DNA of 64,000 nt from an uncultured Verrucomicrobiae bacterium (lineage in GTDB: Bacteria > Verrucomicrobiota > Verrucomicrobiia > Limisphaerales > Palsa-1400). The notes below the pieces were generated by a model. The model searched no databases. It saw only the letters and a list, made by a program, of their open reading frames with translations, and was not told where the DNA came from. Made by a program: the position numbers and the translations under genes. The stretch spans positions 384,001-448,000 of the forward strand of contig CAVPOM010000006.1 of assembly GCA_963707025.1 (NCBI GenBank), read 5' to 3'. Positions 40,091 to 51,027 of this stretch are shown here, piece by piece. Numbering within the stretch: the stretch's first letter is position 1; the number at the start of each line of letters is the position of its first letter.

Positions 40091-41107
40091 ATGCCAGTTC
40101 GTCTAGGACGTTTTGAAATGCCCAAGCGGTTGACCAAGGAGGACGCCTCCGCCACCGACACCTACGCCAAGTTCTTCGCCGAGCCTTTTGAAACCGGCTA
40201 CGGCCATACCATCGGCAACTCCCTGCGCCGCGTCCTGCTCTCCTCCCTGGAAGGCGCCGCCATCTCCTCCATCAAGGTCGAAGGCGCCCAGCACGAATTC
40301 GCCACCATTGACGGCGTGGTCGAGGATGTGACCGACGTGGTCTTGAACCTCAAAAAAGTCCTCCTCAAGGCCCACAGCCGCGACACCCAGACCCTCCTCC
40401 TCTCCGTCAACAAGGAGGGCGAAGTCACCGCCGGCGACATCGAACTCAACCAGAACGTCGAACTGGTCAATCCCGAACAGCATATCTGCACCCTTGACAA
40501 GAAGAAAAAATTCGAGATGGAGCTGGAGGTCAAGGTCGGCCGCGGCTTTTGCCCGGGCGACGAAAACAAAAAGCCCGACCAGGCCATCGGCGTCATCGCC
40601 ATTGATTCCCTGTTCTCTCCCGTCACCCGCGTCCGTTACGCCGTGGAAAACGCCCGCGTCGGCCAGCGCACCGATTACGACCGCCTCATCCTGGAGATTT
40701 GGACCGACGGCCGCATCACCCCCGACGACGCCCTGGTCCAGTCCTCCGCCATCCTCCAGCATCATCTGGACGTCTTCATCGGCTACGACAAGAACGCCGT
40801 CGAATTCGAGGAGACCGAAACCAAGCAGGACGACGAGAAGGCCAAGCTGAAGAAGCTGCTCAACATGAGCGTCAACGAAATCGAGTTGAGCGTGCGCGCG
40901 GCCAACTGCCTCAACAACGCCAACATCACCTCCGTCGGCCAGCTCTCCATGAAAACCGAGGCCGAGATGTTGAAATACCGCAACTTCGGCAAAAAGTCCC
41001 TCAACGAAATCAAGGAGAAACTGGCCAGCTTGGGCCTTTCCTTGGGCATGAACATTGACCAGAGTTTGCTCGAAGCCCCCAAGGAAGAAGTCAAGCTCAC
41101 CGAATAA
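40091..41107 (+). CDS. rpoA: RNA polymerase alpha subunit
   Basis: GHTIGNSLRRVLLSSL, RVGQRTDYD, ELSVRAANCL, NFGKKSL. Confidence 0.98.
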   Translation: MPVRLGRFEMPKRLTKEDASATDTYAKFFAEPFETGYGHTIGNSLRRVLLSSLEGAAISSIKVEGAQHEFATIDGVVEDVTDVVLNLKKVLLKAHSRDTQTLLLSVNKEGEVTAGDIELNQNVELVNPEQHICTLDKKKKFEMELEVKVGRGFCPGDENKKPDQAIGVIAIDSLFSPVTRVRYAVENARVGQRTDYDRLILEIWTDGRITPDDALVQSSAILQHHLDVFIGYDKNAVEFEETETKQDDEKAKLKKLLNMSVNEIELSVRAANCLNNANITSVGQLSMKTEAEMLKYRNFGKKSLNEIKEKLASLGLSLGMNIDQSLLEAPKEEVKLTE

Positions 41108-41117
41108 TTTTCCTCTT

Positions 41118-41654
41118 ATGCGCCATTTAAAACGCACCGCCAAGCTCGGACGCACCGGCACCCACCGCAACCGCATGCTGGCCAGCATGGTTTGCAGCCT
41201 GATCAAACATCGCCGCATCACCACCACCCTGGCCAAAGCCAGGGCCGCCCGGTCCATCGCCGACAAGATGATCACCCTGGGCAAGTCCGGCACGCTTCAC
41301 CACCGCCGCCTGGCCTCCGCCCGCCTGCATCAGGACGAGGAGGCCATCAAAATCCTCTTCAACGTCATCGCCCCGACCCAGAAGGAGCGCCGCGGCGGCT
41401 ACACCCGCATTGTCCGTCTCGGCGGCCCCAGTGGCAAGCACCGCGCCTTCCGCCAGGGCGACGCCGCCGAAATGGTGCTCCTGGAATTTGTGGACGTGCC
41501 CGTTTCCGAAGAAACCGCTCCCGAAGCCGGGACCGGCGAAGCCGCGAAAAAGTCCGACCAAGCCGCCAAGCTCGCCGAAGCCAAGAAGGACAAGGACGAC
41601 AAAAAGGAAAAAGAAGCCAAGCCGGAAAAGGAAGCCGCCGCCGCCCCCGCCTAA
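41118..41654 (+). CDS. rplQ: 50S ribosomal protein L17 with charged C-terminal extension
   Basis: MRH...KLGR...HR, ITTTLAKAR, GGYTRI, RQGDAA. Confidence 0.97.
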   Translation: MRHLKRTAKLGRTGTHRNRMLASMVCSLIKHRRITTTLAKARAARSIADKMITLGKSGTLHHRRLASARLHQDEEAIKILFNVIAPTQKERRGGYTRIVRLGGPSGKHRAFRQGDAAEMVLLEFVDVPVSEETAPEAGTGEAAKKSDQAAKLAEAKKDKDDKKEKEAKPEKEAAAAPA

Positions 41655-41663
41655 CCGTTGCCA

Positions 41664-41704
41664 GTTTGCTTTTGCACTGTAGCGGCGGTCTGCGACCGCC
41701 GCCA
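41664..41704 (+). repeat. 41-bp REP-like palindromic element, copy 2
   Basis: GTTTGCTTTTGCACTGTAGCGGCGGTCTGCGACCGCCGCCA, identical (inverted) to 9078-9118. Confidence 0.8.
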
Positions 41705-42008
41705 TAACACTCCTTTCCGCCGGTGCCCGCCGCCCAGCGCCGTGGGCGCGACATCTTTGTAGAACCCCGGAACCAAAAATCCTCAAGCCCGGTAGGCGGC
41801 GGCATATTCGGCCACCCATTCCTCGCGTCCCGCATCACCCCCCGTCAATTTAGCCGTTATGCCCGGCGAAATGCAGTTGCAACTCCGGCGCACAATGTCG
41901 CACTGGAACCGCGCCGACTGGGTTTTTTGTTTTCCATCCTCGCCGTGTTGCCGGATTATCCCCAAAAAGACTGTCACACTTTCACTTTGGCGCAAATGTA
42001 TATGTAGG

Positions 42009-44069
42009 ATGAAGAACGATGACATGGCCCTGGTGCGCGCATACGCCCGGAACAGTTCCGAGGAGGCATTTGCCACCCTGGTCTCCCGGCACATCAACCT
42101 GGTCTATTCCGTCGCCTTGCGCCAGCTCCATGACGCGCCACTGGCCGAGGAAGTCACCCAGGTCGTGTTCATCATCCTGGCGCGCAAGGCAGCCTCGCTC
42201 GGTCCGAAGACCATCCTGTCCGGCTGGCTCTGCCGCACGGCCCGCTACACTTCCGCCAACGCCCTCACCGCCCAACGCCGCCGCCAACATCGCGAACAAC
42301 AGGCCCACATGCAATCCATCCTCAACCCAACCGAACCCGACGCCTGGACGCACATCGCTCCGTTCTTGGACGACGCCCTGGCGCAGCTCTCCGCCAAAGA
42401 CCACGACGCCATCGTGCTCCGTTTTTTCGAGGGAAAAAACATGCAGGAAGTCGGCGCGAGTCTCGGCACGAACGAAGTCTCCGCCCGCAAGCGTGTCAGC
42501 CGCGCCGTCGAGAAGATGCGGGCCTTTTTCGCCAAACGCGGCGTCAGCTTGTCGGCCGCGGTGATTGCCGGGGCCGTTTCAGCCCAGTCCATTCAAGCCG
42601 CCCCTGTCGGCCTGGCCGTGACTGTCGCCGCCACTGCCCTTAAAGCAACGACCTGCACCGGCTCTACTTTAACCCTTCTCAAAGGAACCTTGAAACTTAT
42701 GGCCTGGGCAAAGGCAAAAACCGCAATCGTAGCGGGCACGGTCGCCCTCCTGGCCGCCGGCACCGCCACCCTGCTGGTTCACGCCGTCGAACCGCCGCCT
42801 TCCGTGGATCACACAAAAGATTCCGATTCATCGGAACCGACCTTTGAAGCTCTTCTCGAACATCCTGCCATGATAGAGCAGGCCACCTGGGAATGGGGTG
42901 CTGGTTACAGCACGCCCGAGTTGGCGTTTATGAGGTCAAACACCCTTATAGGGGGGCGAACGCGGCGGGGAGAACAGGGCGGCCAAATTACCGAAATGAC
43001 GCCGGCAGGTGCTAGCGTGGCTTTCATGACAAATGCTTTCGTTAAGCTTCTTAAATGGGACGGCACGAATTATATCGTGTTCAACAAGGTTGAGCAAGAT
43101 GAAGCACCCCGTGGTAGAATTACAAATGGCGTATATTGGGGCAAGTTCAACGGAATCTATTGGAAGGGAGCAGTATTTCCGACCAGACGGGCGGGAGAGG
43201 GAATCGGAGGAGGAGCAATCGCTGCCTCGGTCATTGATCCCAAAATCAATCCTCCGGGTTTTCGCCAGGCGGAATTGGCGGCTGGTTTGACTATCATCAA
43301 GGAGGGCGTCAATTTCGGTTTTCCAGCAATGGTCCCCGGCAGCCTTGTTTGGGACAGGAAAAACCACCGTTTGTCTGCTTCTCTGCGTCAATACTGGGAT
43401 AGAGTGAGCCGCAAGGTTGTCACCGACAGCGGCAACGGCATGATTACCAATATCGTGGAGAAGCCGGCTGAGGAAGCGGACGGAACCATGACTGCTGAAC
43501 TGACATATGAGGACCAACTCCCGGTGATAGCTGTGGTGCATGAAACCTATGAAGATGGTTTCATCAATTATACAAACACGGTAACTTACAAATACAGCCC
43601 CGATTTTCACCACGGCCGGCTGCCAATTGAGTACGCTGTATCACGAGGAGACACCGTCCGCTATCATGAGCTGATTCTTGCCTCGGGGCCGATCCCCATG
43701 GCCCAATTCGATCCCCTTATTGCGCTCAAAGGGCAAGTCCTTGAGATAGACGGGAAATGGTCAGGCCAGTTGGTTTGGTCCAACGGTCTGCCTTATGTTA
43801 ACGATTCAGCGCTGGGATTGATTAGCCAGCAAGACTCCAGGGCGATTTCCATGGTTAGCATCGGGCAGGAAATGACGGAGGAAAATGTGGCACTGTTTGA
43901 GAAGTGGAAGGCGGCCGCGGCGGCGCAAGAAAAGGCGGCCAGGCTGGCAAAGGCACGTCCGACGGCTGTGGTTGTTGGGATTGCGGTTCTCCTCTGCCTC
44001 TTCGCCGCCGCGTCTTATTGGTTCTATCGGTTTCGCACGGCCAAGCCTCCATCAAGAGGGAACGGGTAA
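42009..44069 (+). CDS. ECF sigma-70 factor with membrane-anchored C-terminal extension
   Basis: sigma2 (AFATLVSRH..LVYSVA..AEEVTQVVF..L), sigma4 (AIVLRFFEGK...RVSRA), hydrophobic segments IVAGTVALLAAGTATLLV and AVVVGIAVLLCLFAAASYWFY. Confidence 0.88.
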   Translation: MKNDDMALVRAYARNSSEEAFATLVSRHINLVYSVALRQLHDAPLAEEVTQVVFIILARKAASLGPKTILSGWLCRTARYTSANALTAQRRRQHREQQAHMQSILNPTEPDAWTHIAPFLDDALAQLSAKDHDAIVLRFFEGKNMQEVGASLGTNEVSARKRVSRAVEKMRAFFAKRGVSLSAAVIAGAVSAQSIQAAPVGLAVTVAATALKATTCTGSTLTLLKGTLKLMAWAKAKTAIVAGTVALLAAGTATLLVHAVEPPPSVDHTKDSDSSEPTFEALLEHPAMIEQATWEWGAGYSTPELAFMRSNTLIGGRTRRGEQGGQITEMTPAGASVAFMTNAFVKLLKWDGTNYIVFNKVEQDEAPRGRITNGVYWGKFNGIYWKGAVFPTRRAGEGIGGGAIAASVIDPKINPPGFRQAELAAGLTIIKEGVNFGFPAMVPGSLVWDRKNHRLSASLRQYWDRVSRKVVTDSGNGMITNIVEKPAEEADGTMTAELTYEDQLPVIAVVHETYEDGFINYTNTVTYKYSPDFHHGRLPIEYAVSRGDTVRYHELILASGPIPMAQFDPLIALKGQVLEIDGKWSGQLVWSNGLPYVNDSALGLISQQDSRAISMVSIGQEMTEENVALFEKWKAAAAAQEKAARLAKARPTAVVVGIAVLLCLFAAASYWFYRFRTAKPPSRGNG

Positions 44070-44076
44070 AATGCTT

Positions 44077-44204
44077 TCAAACGGGTCAGACCAGAGCTTT
44101 TTCCAATAAGATCTGTAATCGCCTGTATATCATTGAGTTATAGACCGATCTCCCCATGAATGCCGGGCGGTGAAAGGCTGGGAAGTCAGTTCGTGGCATT
44201 GTCA
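44077..44204 (+). repeat. dispersed ~128-bp repeat, copy A
   Basis: About 80% identical by eye to 57990-58116; first 68 bp also match 53969-54036 (minus). Confidence 0.8.
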
Positions 44205-44300
44205 GATTCCACTGCAACTTGCCGCCCCTCCCCGTCCTCCGTAGGCTTGGCGAAGGGGGATGCGTTCATCTGCGTCCTCCGTTTGCTCGTGTTCAAACTG

Positions 44301-44340
44301 CTTCTTCATTCTGCATTTTGCATTCTTCATTCTTCATTTT
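44301..44340. repeat. degenerate heptamer (CATTCTT/CATTCTG) tandem repeat
   Basis: CTTCTTCATTCTGCATTTTGCATTCTTCATTCTTCATTTT; inverse counterpart at 7748-7778. Confidence 0.6.
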
Positions 44341-44524
44341 CTTCAACCCTGGCCTTGACAAAAATTAGAACCTATGGTTGAATCATCAGCGTGAGACACG
44401 GAGGCACAGGCCGGCGTCGCATCCGGGCGGATGCAGCCAGCACCGGCGCGGAGGGCGGGGAGAAATACCCGGCGCCTTGTCAGGCGTGCCGGCACCGAAA
44501 TGGATGGCCGCCCATTCGAGTTGT

Positions 44525-44570
44525 TTTCACCTGGTTTCACCTAATTTCACCTGGTTTCACCTGGTTTCAC
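44525..44570. repeat. 10-bp-period tandem repeat (TTTCACCTGG) x5
   Basis: TTTCAC at 44525, 44535, 44545, 44555, 44565. Confidence 0.8.
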
Positions 44571-44579
44571 TTCCCGACC

Positions 44580-45152
44580 ATGGGACATCACGCCGTCGGT
44601 TACGGCGACCTGGTCAACGACGAACATCTTTGGCTCGGCCGGACGCTGGACGCGACGGGGATCAAGACGTTCAATCCACTGATGGAGCATCCTGTGGGCG
44701 AGCCTTACTTCCAATACGACAGCCACCAGTCCTGGAACAACGCCCGGCCTGACCAGCCGGTTCCCATCCTCATCGCCACCTACCACCTCCAGGAGACGGC
44801 CGACCCGAAGTGCGCCTGGGGTGACGAGATCATCGCGCTGGCCACCGACGGAAGCATGAAGGTCTGGCGGTTTTGCCACCACCGCAGCGCGGTCCATGCG
44901 CCGGTGCGCTCCGCCGACGGGCAGAGGGCGATGCCACAGGACCGGACCAATCTGGCCGCCGAGCAGCCTTACAACTTCTGGGACACCCCGCGCGGCAACG
45001 TCTCCCAGGACGGACGGTTCTTCATGTTCACCTCCAACTGGGAGGACACCGTTGGCAAGGACCGCGCCGGGCGTTTCCGCGAGGACGTCTTCATCGTCAA
45101 ACTCGAACGCGAGACCGCCGCGCCATCGAACCGGGGAGATTCTCCAAATTGA
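44580..45152 (+). pseudogene. probable C-terminal fragment of a beta-propeller-type hypothetical protein
   Basis: VWRFCHH...FWDTPRGNVSQDGRFFMFTSNW...DVFIVKL resembles the last blades of a TolB/WD40-like propeller; begins abruptly after a tandem repeat, no signal peptide. Confidence 0.5.
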
Positions 45153-45237
45153 TCGCAAGCTCTTTTGGCCGGATTCTTAGCCCAAACCCGCCGCGTGGTT
45201 GCTTCGATGGGGGCTCTGCCCTAAGCTCTGCGCGGAT

Positions 45238-48027
45238 ATGACGTTGTTGGAAAAAATTGAGGCGCACGCCAGGGCGCGGCTGACCCTGCCGCCCGGCGTG
45301 CTGCCCCGGCAGGAATTGGGACGGTACAAGCATTTTCTCAAGGTCGAACACCACCGCCTTAAAATGCTGCATCGCGCCGGCGGATCGGGCCGCGAGATTT
45401 GCCGGGCGCGCTCGGCCATCCTTGATTTGCTGCTCCAGCATATTTTGCACGGGATTAAAAATGGCTCGCCGGCCATGACCGGGACGGCGCCGCCGGTTTT
45501 TGGCCTTGTGGCCATCGGCGGCTACGGCCGGGCGGAGTTGAATCCCTATAGCGATATTGACATGATGTTCCTGCACGACGGCGAAGGGGTGGTCCGGGGC
45601 AAGGCCCGGCCGGCCCTGGCGGCGCTGGTGGACGGGCTGCTTTATACCTTGTGGGATCTGGGCCTCAAGGTCGGCCATTCGGTGCGCTCGGTCGAGGATT
45701 GCGTGAGCGTGGCCAATGGGGACATGCAGTCCAAAACCTCGCTGATCGAAGCCCGCTTGATTTTGGGCGACGCGGTTTTGTTCGGGCGGTTTGACAAGGC
45801 GCTCCTGGCCAAGTGCGTGCGCGGTTATGAGAATGAATATATCCAGGCGCGCCTGCTGGACCAGGAGGCGCGGCGAACCAAATACGGCAATTCGGCCTGC
45901 ATGCAGGAACCGAACATCAAGAATGGCTGCGGCGGCCTGCGCGATTATCAGAACCTGCTCTGGATGGCGTTTTTCAAGGACCGCACCCGCACGCCGGAGG
46001 AACTGGAGAAAAAGGAAATGATCAGCGCCGCCGAACGCAAACAACTGGAAAACGCCTACGACTTCCTCCTCCGCACCCGCAATGAACTGCAGTATCTCCT
46101 GGACCGCCCCTCCGATGTCCTGAACAAAATCGTCCAGCCGGCGGTGGCCGCCAACCTGGGCTGGCATGACCGTTCGCCCAGTGAGCGGCTGGAGAAATTC
46201 ATGAAGGTCTATTACACCCACGGGCGGAACATTGACCTCATCACTCGCACGGTGGAGCAGCGCCTGGCGCTGGTGCCCGCTCCCCGCCGGCTGCTGCGGC
46301 TGCCCGGCTTTCTCCGGTCCAAGGGAGCGCCCGAACCGACGGCCGACGGCTTGAAGTTTGTGGACGGGGAGATACGGCCCATTTCCTCCAGTATTTTTCG
46401 CGACAGTCCCCGCCGCCTCATGCGCGTCTTCCTGCACGCCCAGCAGCGCGGCCTGAAATTGCACCCCGATCTGGCCCAACTGCTCCGGCAGAACCTCCGC
46501 CTGGTGGACAACGCCTTTTTGCGGGACGGCCATGTGCGGGAAACGTTTTTGGAAATCCTGGACCAGCGCGGCAACGTCGCCCCGCCTCTGCGCTTGATGC
46601 ACGAAGTCGGGCTGCTGGGCAAATTCCTGCCCGAGTTCGGCCGCCTCACCTGCCTGGTGCAACACGAGTTCTATCACCAATACACCGCCGACGAACACAC
46701 CCTGGTCTGCCTGGAGAAACTGGACCGCGTTTGGGAGGCCAAGACGCCGCTCCTGGCCGAGTACGCCGAGATTTTTCGCGGGCTGGAACAGCCCTTCCTC
46801 CTCTACCTGGCCTTGTTGTTGCACGATTCCGGCAAGGCCTTCCGCTCCGGCCGCCACGCCCTCATCGGCGCCCAGCAGGCCCTGCGCGTGGCCCGCCGCC
46901 TCGGTTTGGACGGCGCCAAAACCCATGCCCTCAGACTCCTCATCGAAAACCATCTGGCCATGGCCCAGATTTCACAGCGGCGCGACCTGGACGACGAGTC
47001 GGTCATCCGCCATTTTGCCCGCCAGATTCAGACGGCGGAGAACCTGGCCATGCTGACGCTGCACACCCTGGCGGATTCGATGGCAACGAGCGACCAACTG
47101 TGGAACGGCTTCAAAGACGCCGGACTGTGGCGGCTCTACCGCAAGGCGATGGAACTGCTCTCCGGGGCCACGGAGTTTCGAGTGGCGGAGGAGCGCCAGC
47201 GCGAATTGCTGGTGGAGGAGGTGCAGCGGATGGCCCCGCCCACCTTCGATCCGGCGGAAGTGCAGGCCCATTTCCAAAATTTGCCGGCCCGCTATTGCCA
47301 GGTCAATGACGCCCGCGAGATTCTGCGCGACGTGACCCAGGTGCATCGTTTCATCCACCTGCAACTGGCCGCGGCCGACGAGAACGCGCTGGCGCCGATC
47401 ATCTCCTGGCACAACGAGCCGGACCGCGGCTACAGCACGGTCACGCTCTGCACCTGGGACCGGGACCGGCTCTTCAGCAACATCACCGGCTGCCTGACCG
47501 CCGCCGGGTTCAACATCCTGAGCGCGGAAATCCTGACGCGCGCGGATGGCATTATTATTGACACATTTTTCGTGACCGACGCCAAAACCGGCCTGCTGGC
47601 CAACCGGGAGGAGCGCGAGAAGTTCGAGAGCCTGGCCCACAAGGTCCTGACCGATGTGCCGGTGGACCTGCCGGCCCTCATCGCCCGCACCAAGGCCGCC
47701 CCCTCCATTTACAAATCCATCGAGGGCGAGCGCATCCCCACCCTGATCGAGGTGGACAACGACAGCTCGGAAACCCGCAGCGTCATTGACCTGCAGGCCG
47801 AAGACCGGGTCGGGCTGTTGTATGACATCTCGCGGGCGCTGGCCGACCTGGAGGTGGACCTGTCCCTGGCGAAAATCCTGACGGAAAAAGGGGCGGCGGT
47901 GGACAGCTTCTACGCCACGGAACAAGACGGCGGAAAGATTCTTGACGCCGAGCGCATCAAAGCCGTCAAAACTAAATTACGCCAGGCGGTGATGCAAAGC
48001 GCCCCGGCCCCTGCGCATGGCCGTTGA
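45238..48027 (+). CDS. glnD: [protein-PII] uridylyltransferase GlnD
   Basis: [49 protein letters not shown], two ACT domains (DRDRLF, DRVGLL). Confidence 0.96.
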   Translation: MTLLEKIEAHARARLTLPPGVLPRQELGRYKHFLKVEHHRLKMLHRAGGSGREICRARSAILDLLLQHILHGIKNGSPAMTGTAPPVFGLVAIGGYGRAELNPYSDIDMMFLHDGEGVVRGKARPALAALVDGLLYTLWDLGLKVGHSVRSVEDCVSVANGDMQSKTSLIEARLILGDAVLFGRFDKALLAKCVRGYENEYIQARLLDQEARRTKYGNSACMQEPNIKNGCGGLRDYQNLLWMAFFKDRTRTPEELEKKEMISAAERKQLENAYDFLLRTRNELQYLLDRPSDVLNKIVQPAVAANLGWHDRSPSERLEKFMKVYYTHGRNIDLITRTVEQRLALVPAPRRLLRLPGFLRSKGAPEPTADGLKFVDGEIRPISSSIFRDSPRRLMRVFLHAQQRGLKLHPDLAQLLRQNLRLVDNAFLRDGHVRETFLEILDQRGNVAPPLRLMHEVGLLGKFLPEFGRLTCLVQHEFYHQYTADEHTLVCLEKLDRVWEAKTPLLAEYAEIFRGLEQPFLLYLALLLHDSGKAFRSGRHALIGAQQALRVARRLGLDGAKTHALRLLIENHLAMAQISQRRDLDDESVIRHFARQIQTAENLAMLTLHTLADSMATSDQLWNGFKDAGLWRLYRKAMELLSGATEFRVAEERQRELLVEEVQRMAPPTFDPAEVQAHFQNLPARYCQVNDAREILRDVTQVHRFIHLQLAAADENALAPIISWHNEPDRGYSTVTLCTWDRDRLFSNITGCLTAAGFNILSAEILTRADGIIIDTFFVTDAKTGLLANREEREKFESLAHKVLTDVPVDLPALIARTKAAPSIYKSIEGERIPTLIEVDNDSSETRSVIDLQAEDRVGLLYDISRALADLEVDLSLAKILTEKGAAVDSFYATEQDGGKILDAERIKAVKTKLRQAVMQSAPAPAHGR

Positions 48028-50284
48028 TCCTGTCTGCGGGATGCAGGTGGAGGAAGCCCGCGCCTTGCGCGCCGAACGCGACGGGCAAACGTGGTTTTTT
48101 TGTTGCGACCATTGCCGCCAGAAATTCCTCGCCCAGCCTTCGGCGGCGCCGCCCGTCACAGCGGACCGCTACACCTGCCCGATGCACCCGGAGGTGGAGC
48201 AGGACCTCCCGGGCGGCTGTCCGATATGCGGGATGGATTTGGAGCCAAAGACCCCCGGGGCCGGGGACGACGCGGAAACGGCCGGGACGCGGGATCTGGC
48301 GCGGCGGTTTTGGACCGGGCTGGCCCTTTCCATTCCCGTCATGATTCTGGCGATGCGCGACATGCTGGGTTATCGCGTCTTCGAGGAGACCCGCTTCGAG
48401 GTCAATTACTTGATTCAACTTCTCCTGGGCACGGCGGTGGTTTTTTGGGCGGGGCGTCCCATCCTGGAACGGGCCTGGCGTTCCGTGCGGGCGCGCCGTG
48501 CCAACATGTTCACCCTGATCGCCATGGGGGTGCTGGCGGCTTATCTGTTCAGTCTGGCGGGTTTGGCCCTGACGCCCAGAATTTCCCATCACACCATCGA
48601 GGCCATCCCGGTTTATTTTGACAGCGCGGCCATGATCACCTTGCTGGCCTTGCTGGGCCAGATGCTGGAAGCCAAGGCCCGCCGCCGCACCGGGCAGGCC
48701 ATCCAGGCCCTGCTCCATCAGGCCGCCAAAAGCGCGCGCGTGGTGCGCTTTGACCAGGAATTGGAACTCCCCATCACGCTGTTGCGCAAAGGAGACATCC
48801 TGCGGGTGCGGCCCGGCGAAAAAATACCGGTGGATGGCGTGCTGCTGGAAGGCGCCAGCAGCGTGGACGAGGCCATGATCACCGGGGAGCCAATGCCGGT
48901 GGCCAAGGCCGCCGGGGACTGGCTCACCGGGGCCACGCTGAATCAAACCGGCGCCTTCCTGATGCGGGCCGAACGCGTCGGCAGGGAAACATTGCTGGCC
49001 CAGATCATTGCCATGGTCGCGGCCGCCCAGCGGAGCCGCGCGCCGGTGCAGCGGCTGGCGGACGTGGTGGCGGGCTGGTTTGTGCCGGCGGTGATGGGCG
49101 CGGCCGTTTTGACCCTGGCCCTCTGGCTGGGGCTGGGGACCAATCCCAGTCTGGCCACCGCGCCGGAAAAGGCCGCCGCCCGCGCCCTGGCCAACGCGGT
49201 GGCGGTCTTGATCATCGCCTGTCCTTGCGCCCTCGGTTTGGCCACGCCCATGTCCATCATGGTGGGGGTGGGGCGCGGCGCGCGCGAAGGGGTGCTCGTG
49301 AAAAACGCCGAGTCCCTCGAAACGCTGGAAAAAGTGGACACCATCGTGCTGGACAAAACGGGCACCCTGACCGAAGGGCGCCCGCGCGTGGTCCGCATTC
49401 TTCCCCGGCCGGGACTGGATGAAGCGGGCTTGCTCCAGTTGGCGGCGGCGGTGGAGGCGCAGAGCGAACATCCGCTGGGCGCGGCCATCGTGCGGGCGGC
49501 GCGGGAACGCGGGTTGGAGCCGGCGCCGGCGGAACAATTTAGTTCACACACCGGCGGAGGCGTGACCGGGCGCGTCGGCGGCCGGCCGGTCGCGGTGGGC
49601 CATGCCGCCTTTCTGGAAGAGCAAGGCGCGCGCGACCTGGCCGGGGCGCGCCAGGAGGCCGCGGAGTGTCAAGCATTGGGACAAACCGTGGTGTTTGTGG
49701 CGCAGGATGGAAACATCGCCGGGGCGCTGGCCGTGGCGGATCCGATCAAGCCCACCAGCGCGGCCGCCATCCAGCGCCTCCATCAGATGGGCTTGAAAAT
49801 CGTCATGTTGACCGGGGACAACGAGCAGACCGCGCGCCGCGTGGCCCAACAACTGCAAATGGACGACGTGCGCGCCCAGGCCGGCCCGCGGCAGAAAATC
49901 GAAGAAGTGCGGCGCTTGCGGGAGGCTGGGCGGATGGTGGCGATGGCCGGGGACGGGATCAACGACGCCCCCGCCCTGGCGGCGGCCCAGGTCGGCATCG
50001 CCATGGGCACGGGCACCGACGTGGCCATGGCCAGCGCCGGCATCACCCTGCTCACAGGCGACTTGCAAGGCGTGGTCAAGGCCATTCAATTGAGCCGGAA
50101 AGTGATGAGAAACATCCGGCAAAATCTTTTTTTTGCGTTTGTCTATAATGCGGCGGGCATTCCCATCGCGGCGGGATTGCTTTACCCGTTTTTTGGAATT
50201 CTGCTCAGCCCGATGCTGGCCGCCGCCGCCATGAGCCTCAGTTCGGTCTGTGTCATCGGCAACGCGCTGCGTTTGCGCAAATGA
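48017..50284 (+). CDS. copA: Cu(+)-type P1B heavy-metal ATPase with YHS and heavy-metal-binding domains
   Basis: DPVCGM/FCC (YHS), [37 protein letters not shown]...P, MSLSS. Confidence 0.92.
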   Translation: MAVDPVCGMQVEEARALRAERDGQTWFFCCDHCRQKFLAQPSAAPPVTADRYTCPMHPEVEQDLPGGCPICGMDLEPKTPGAGDDAETAGTRDLARRFWTGLALSIPVMILAMRDMLGYRVFEETRFEVNYLIQLLLGTAVVFWAGRPILERAWRSVRARRANMFTLIAMGVLAAYLFSLAGLALTPRISHHTIEAIPVYFDSAAMITLLALLGQMLEAKARRRTGQAIQALLHQAAKSARVVRFDQELELPITLLRKGDILRVRPGEKIPVDGVLLEGASSVDEAMITGEPMPVAKAAGDWLTGATLNQTGAFLMRAERVGRETLLAQIIAMVAAAQRSRAPVQRLADVVAGWFVPAVMGAAVLTLALWLGLGTNPSLATAPEKAAARALANAVAVLIIACPCALGLATPMSIMVGVGRGAREGVLVKNAESLETLEKVDTIVLDKTGTLTEGRPRVVRILPRPGLDEAGLLQLAAAVEAQSEHPLGAAIVRAARERGLEPAPAEQFSSHTGGGVTGRVGGRPVAVGHAAFLEEQGARDLAGARQEAAECQALGQTVVFVAQDGNIAGALAVADPIKPTSAAAIQRLHQMGLKIVMLTGDNEQTARRVAQQLQMDDVRAQAGPRQKIEEVRRLREAGRMVAMAGDGINDAPALAAAQVGIAMGTGTDVAMASAGITLLTGDLQGVVKAIQLSRKVMRNIRQNLFFAFVYNAAGIPIAAGLLYPFFGILLSPMLAAAAMSLSSVCVIGNALRLRK

Positions 50285-50438
50285 AGCGCGGGTGGAGGAT
50301 TGAGAATGCAGAATCGCAAAGGGCCGATGGAAGCCGGGGAATGATGCTCAGATCCAGCCAAGTTGCCGGATAACACTGCTTGCGCATTTTTTGTTATTTT
50401 GATATATTGAGCACAGAAAGATTTAACCACAGAACACC

Positions 50439-50711
50439 ATGAACGTATCGCTGGGAGAGAAATGGGAGCAATTCGTGGAAGGCAAAGTCAAGAGCGGCGA
50501 TTACCGGACCGCGAGCGAAGTGTTGCGTGACGGGCTGCGACTGCTCGAAAAGGAAGAATTGCTGAAACGCATTTCCGCGGGGTCGCTGCCGGAACTTGAA
50601 GCGAAAATGTTGGCGGCGGCGGAATCGCTCGACGCCGGCAAGGGCGTGGATGGGGAAGAAGTGTTTGCGCGGTTGCGGAAGCGGATTAAAGCACGCCGCC
50701 AGAATGCCTAG
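50439..50711 (+). CDS. parD: ParD-like antitoxin
   Basis: MNVSL...FV...V.SG.Y..ASEV.RDGLRLL. Confidence 0.88.
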   Translation: MNVSLGEKWEQFVEGKVKSGDYRTASEVLRDGLRLLEKEELLKRISAGSLPELEAKMLAAAESLDAGKGVDGEEVFARLRKRIKARRQNA

Positions 50712-51027
50712 ATTCATCCTCTCGGAATACGTCGAGCCTGAACTGGAGGCGATTTGGGAATACATCGCCATGGACAACATGGATGTGGCCGACCGCTTCG
50801 TGGACGCGGCTTTCGCTGCTTTTCAGGAACTGGCACGAATGCCGGGCATGGGTCGCCTCCGGCATTGCCCGCAAGCGCGCTTGCGCGAGTTGCGGTCATT
50901 CCGTGTCAAAGGATTCGAAAACTATCTGATCTTTTATGGCCCGATTTCACGCGGCATTGAGGTCTTTCATATCCTTCACGGGGCCAGAGACCTTGAAACA
51001 TTTTGGGAAAGGCCATCCATGCCATAA
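50704..51027 (+). CDS. parE: ParE/RelE-family toxin
   Basis: LEAIWEYIA.DN...ADRF...L..MPGMG...YLIFY....IEV.HILHGARD; overlaps parD. Confidence 0.88.
   Translation: MPRFILSEYVEPELEAIWEYIAMDNMDVADRFVDAAFAAFQELARMPGMGRLRHCPQARLRELRSFRVKGFENYLIFYGPISRGIEVFHILHGARDLETFWERPSMP

Noticed and set aside
41970..42008. TGTCACA box upstream of the ECF gene as an autoregulatory promoter
   Set aside because: No convincing matching -10 element; a single instance is insufficient
44525..44570. Possible CRISPR array (also 39328-39373 and 53563-53651)
   Set aside because: Units are 6-10 bp without unique 25-45 bp spacers, and there are no cas genes
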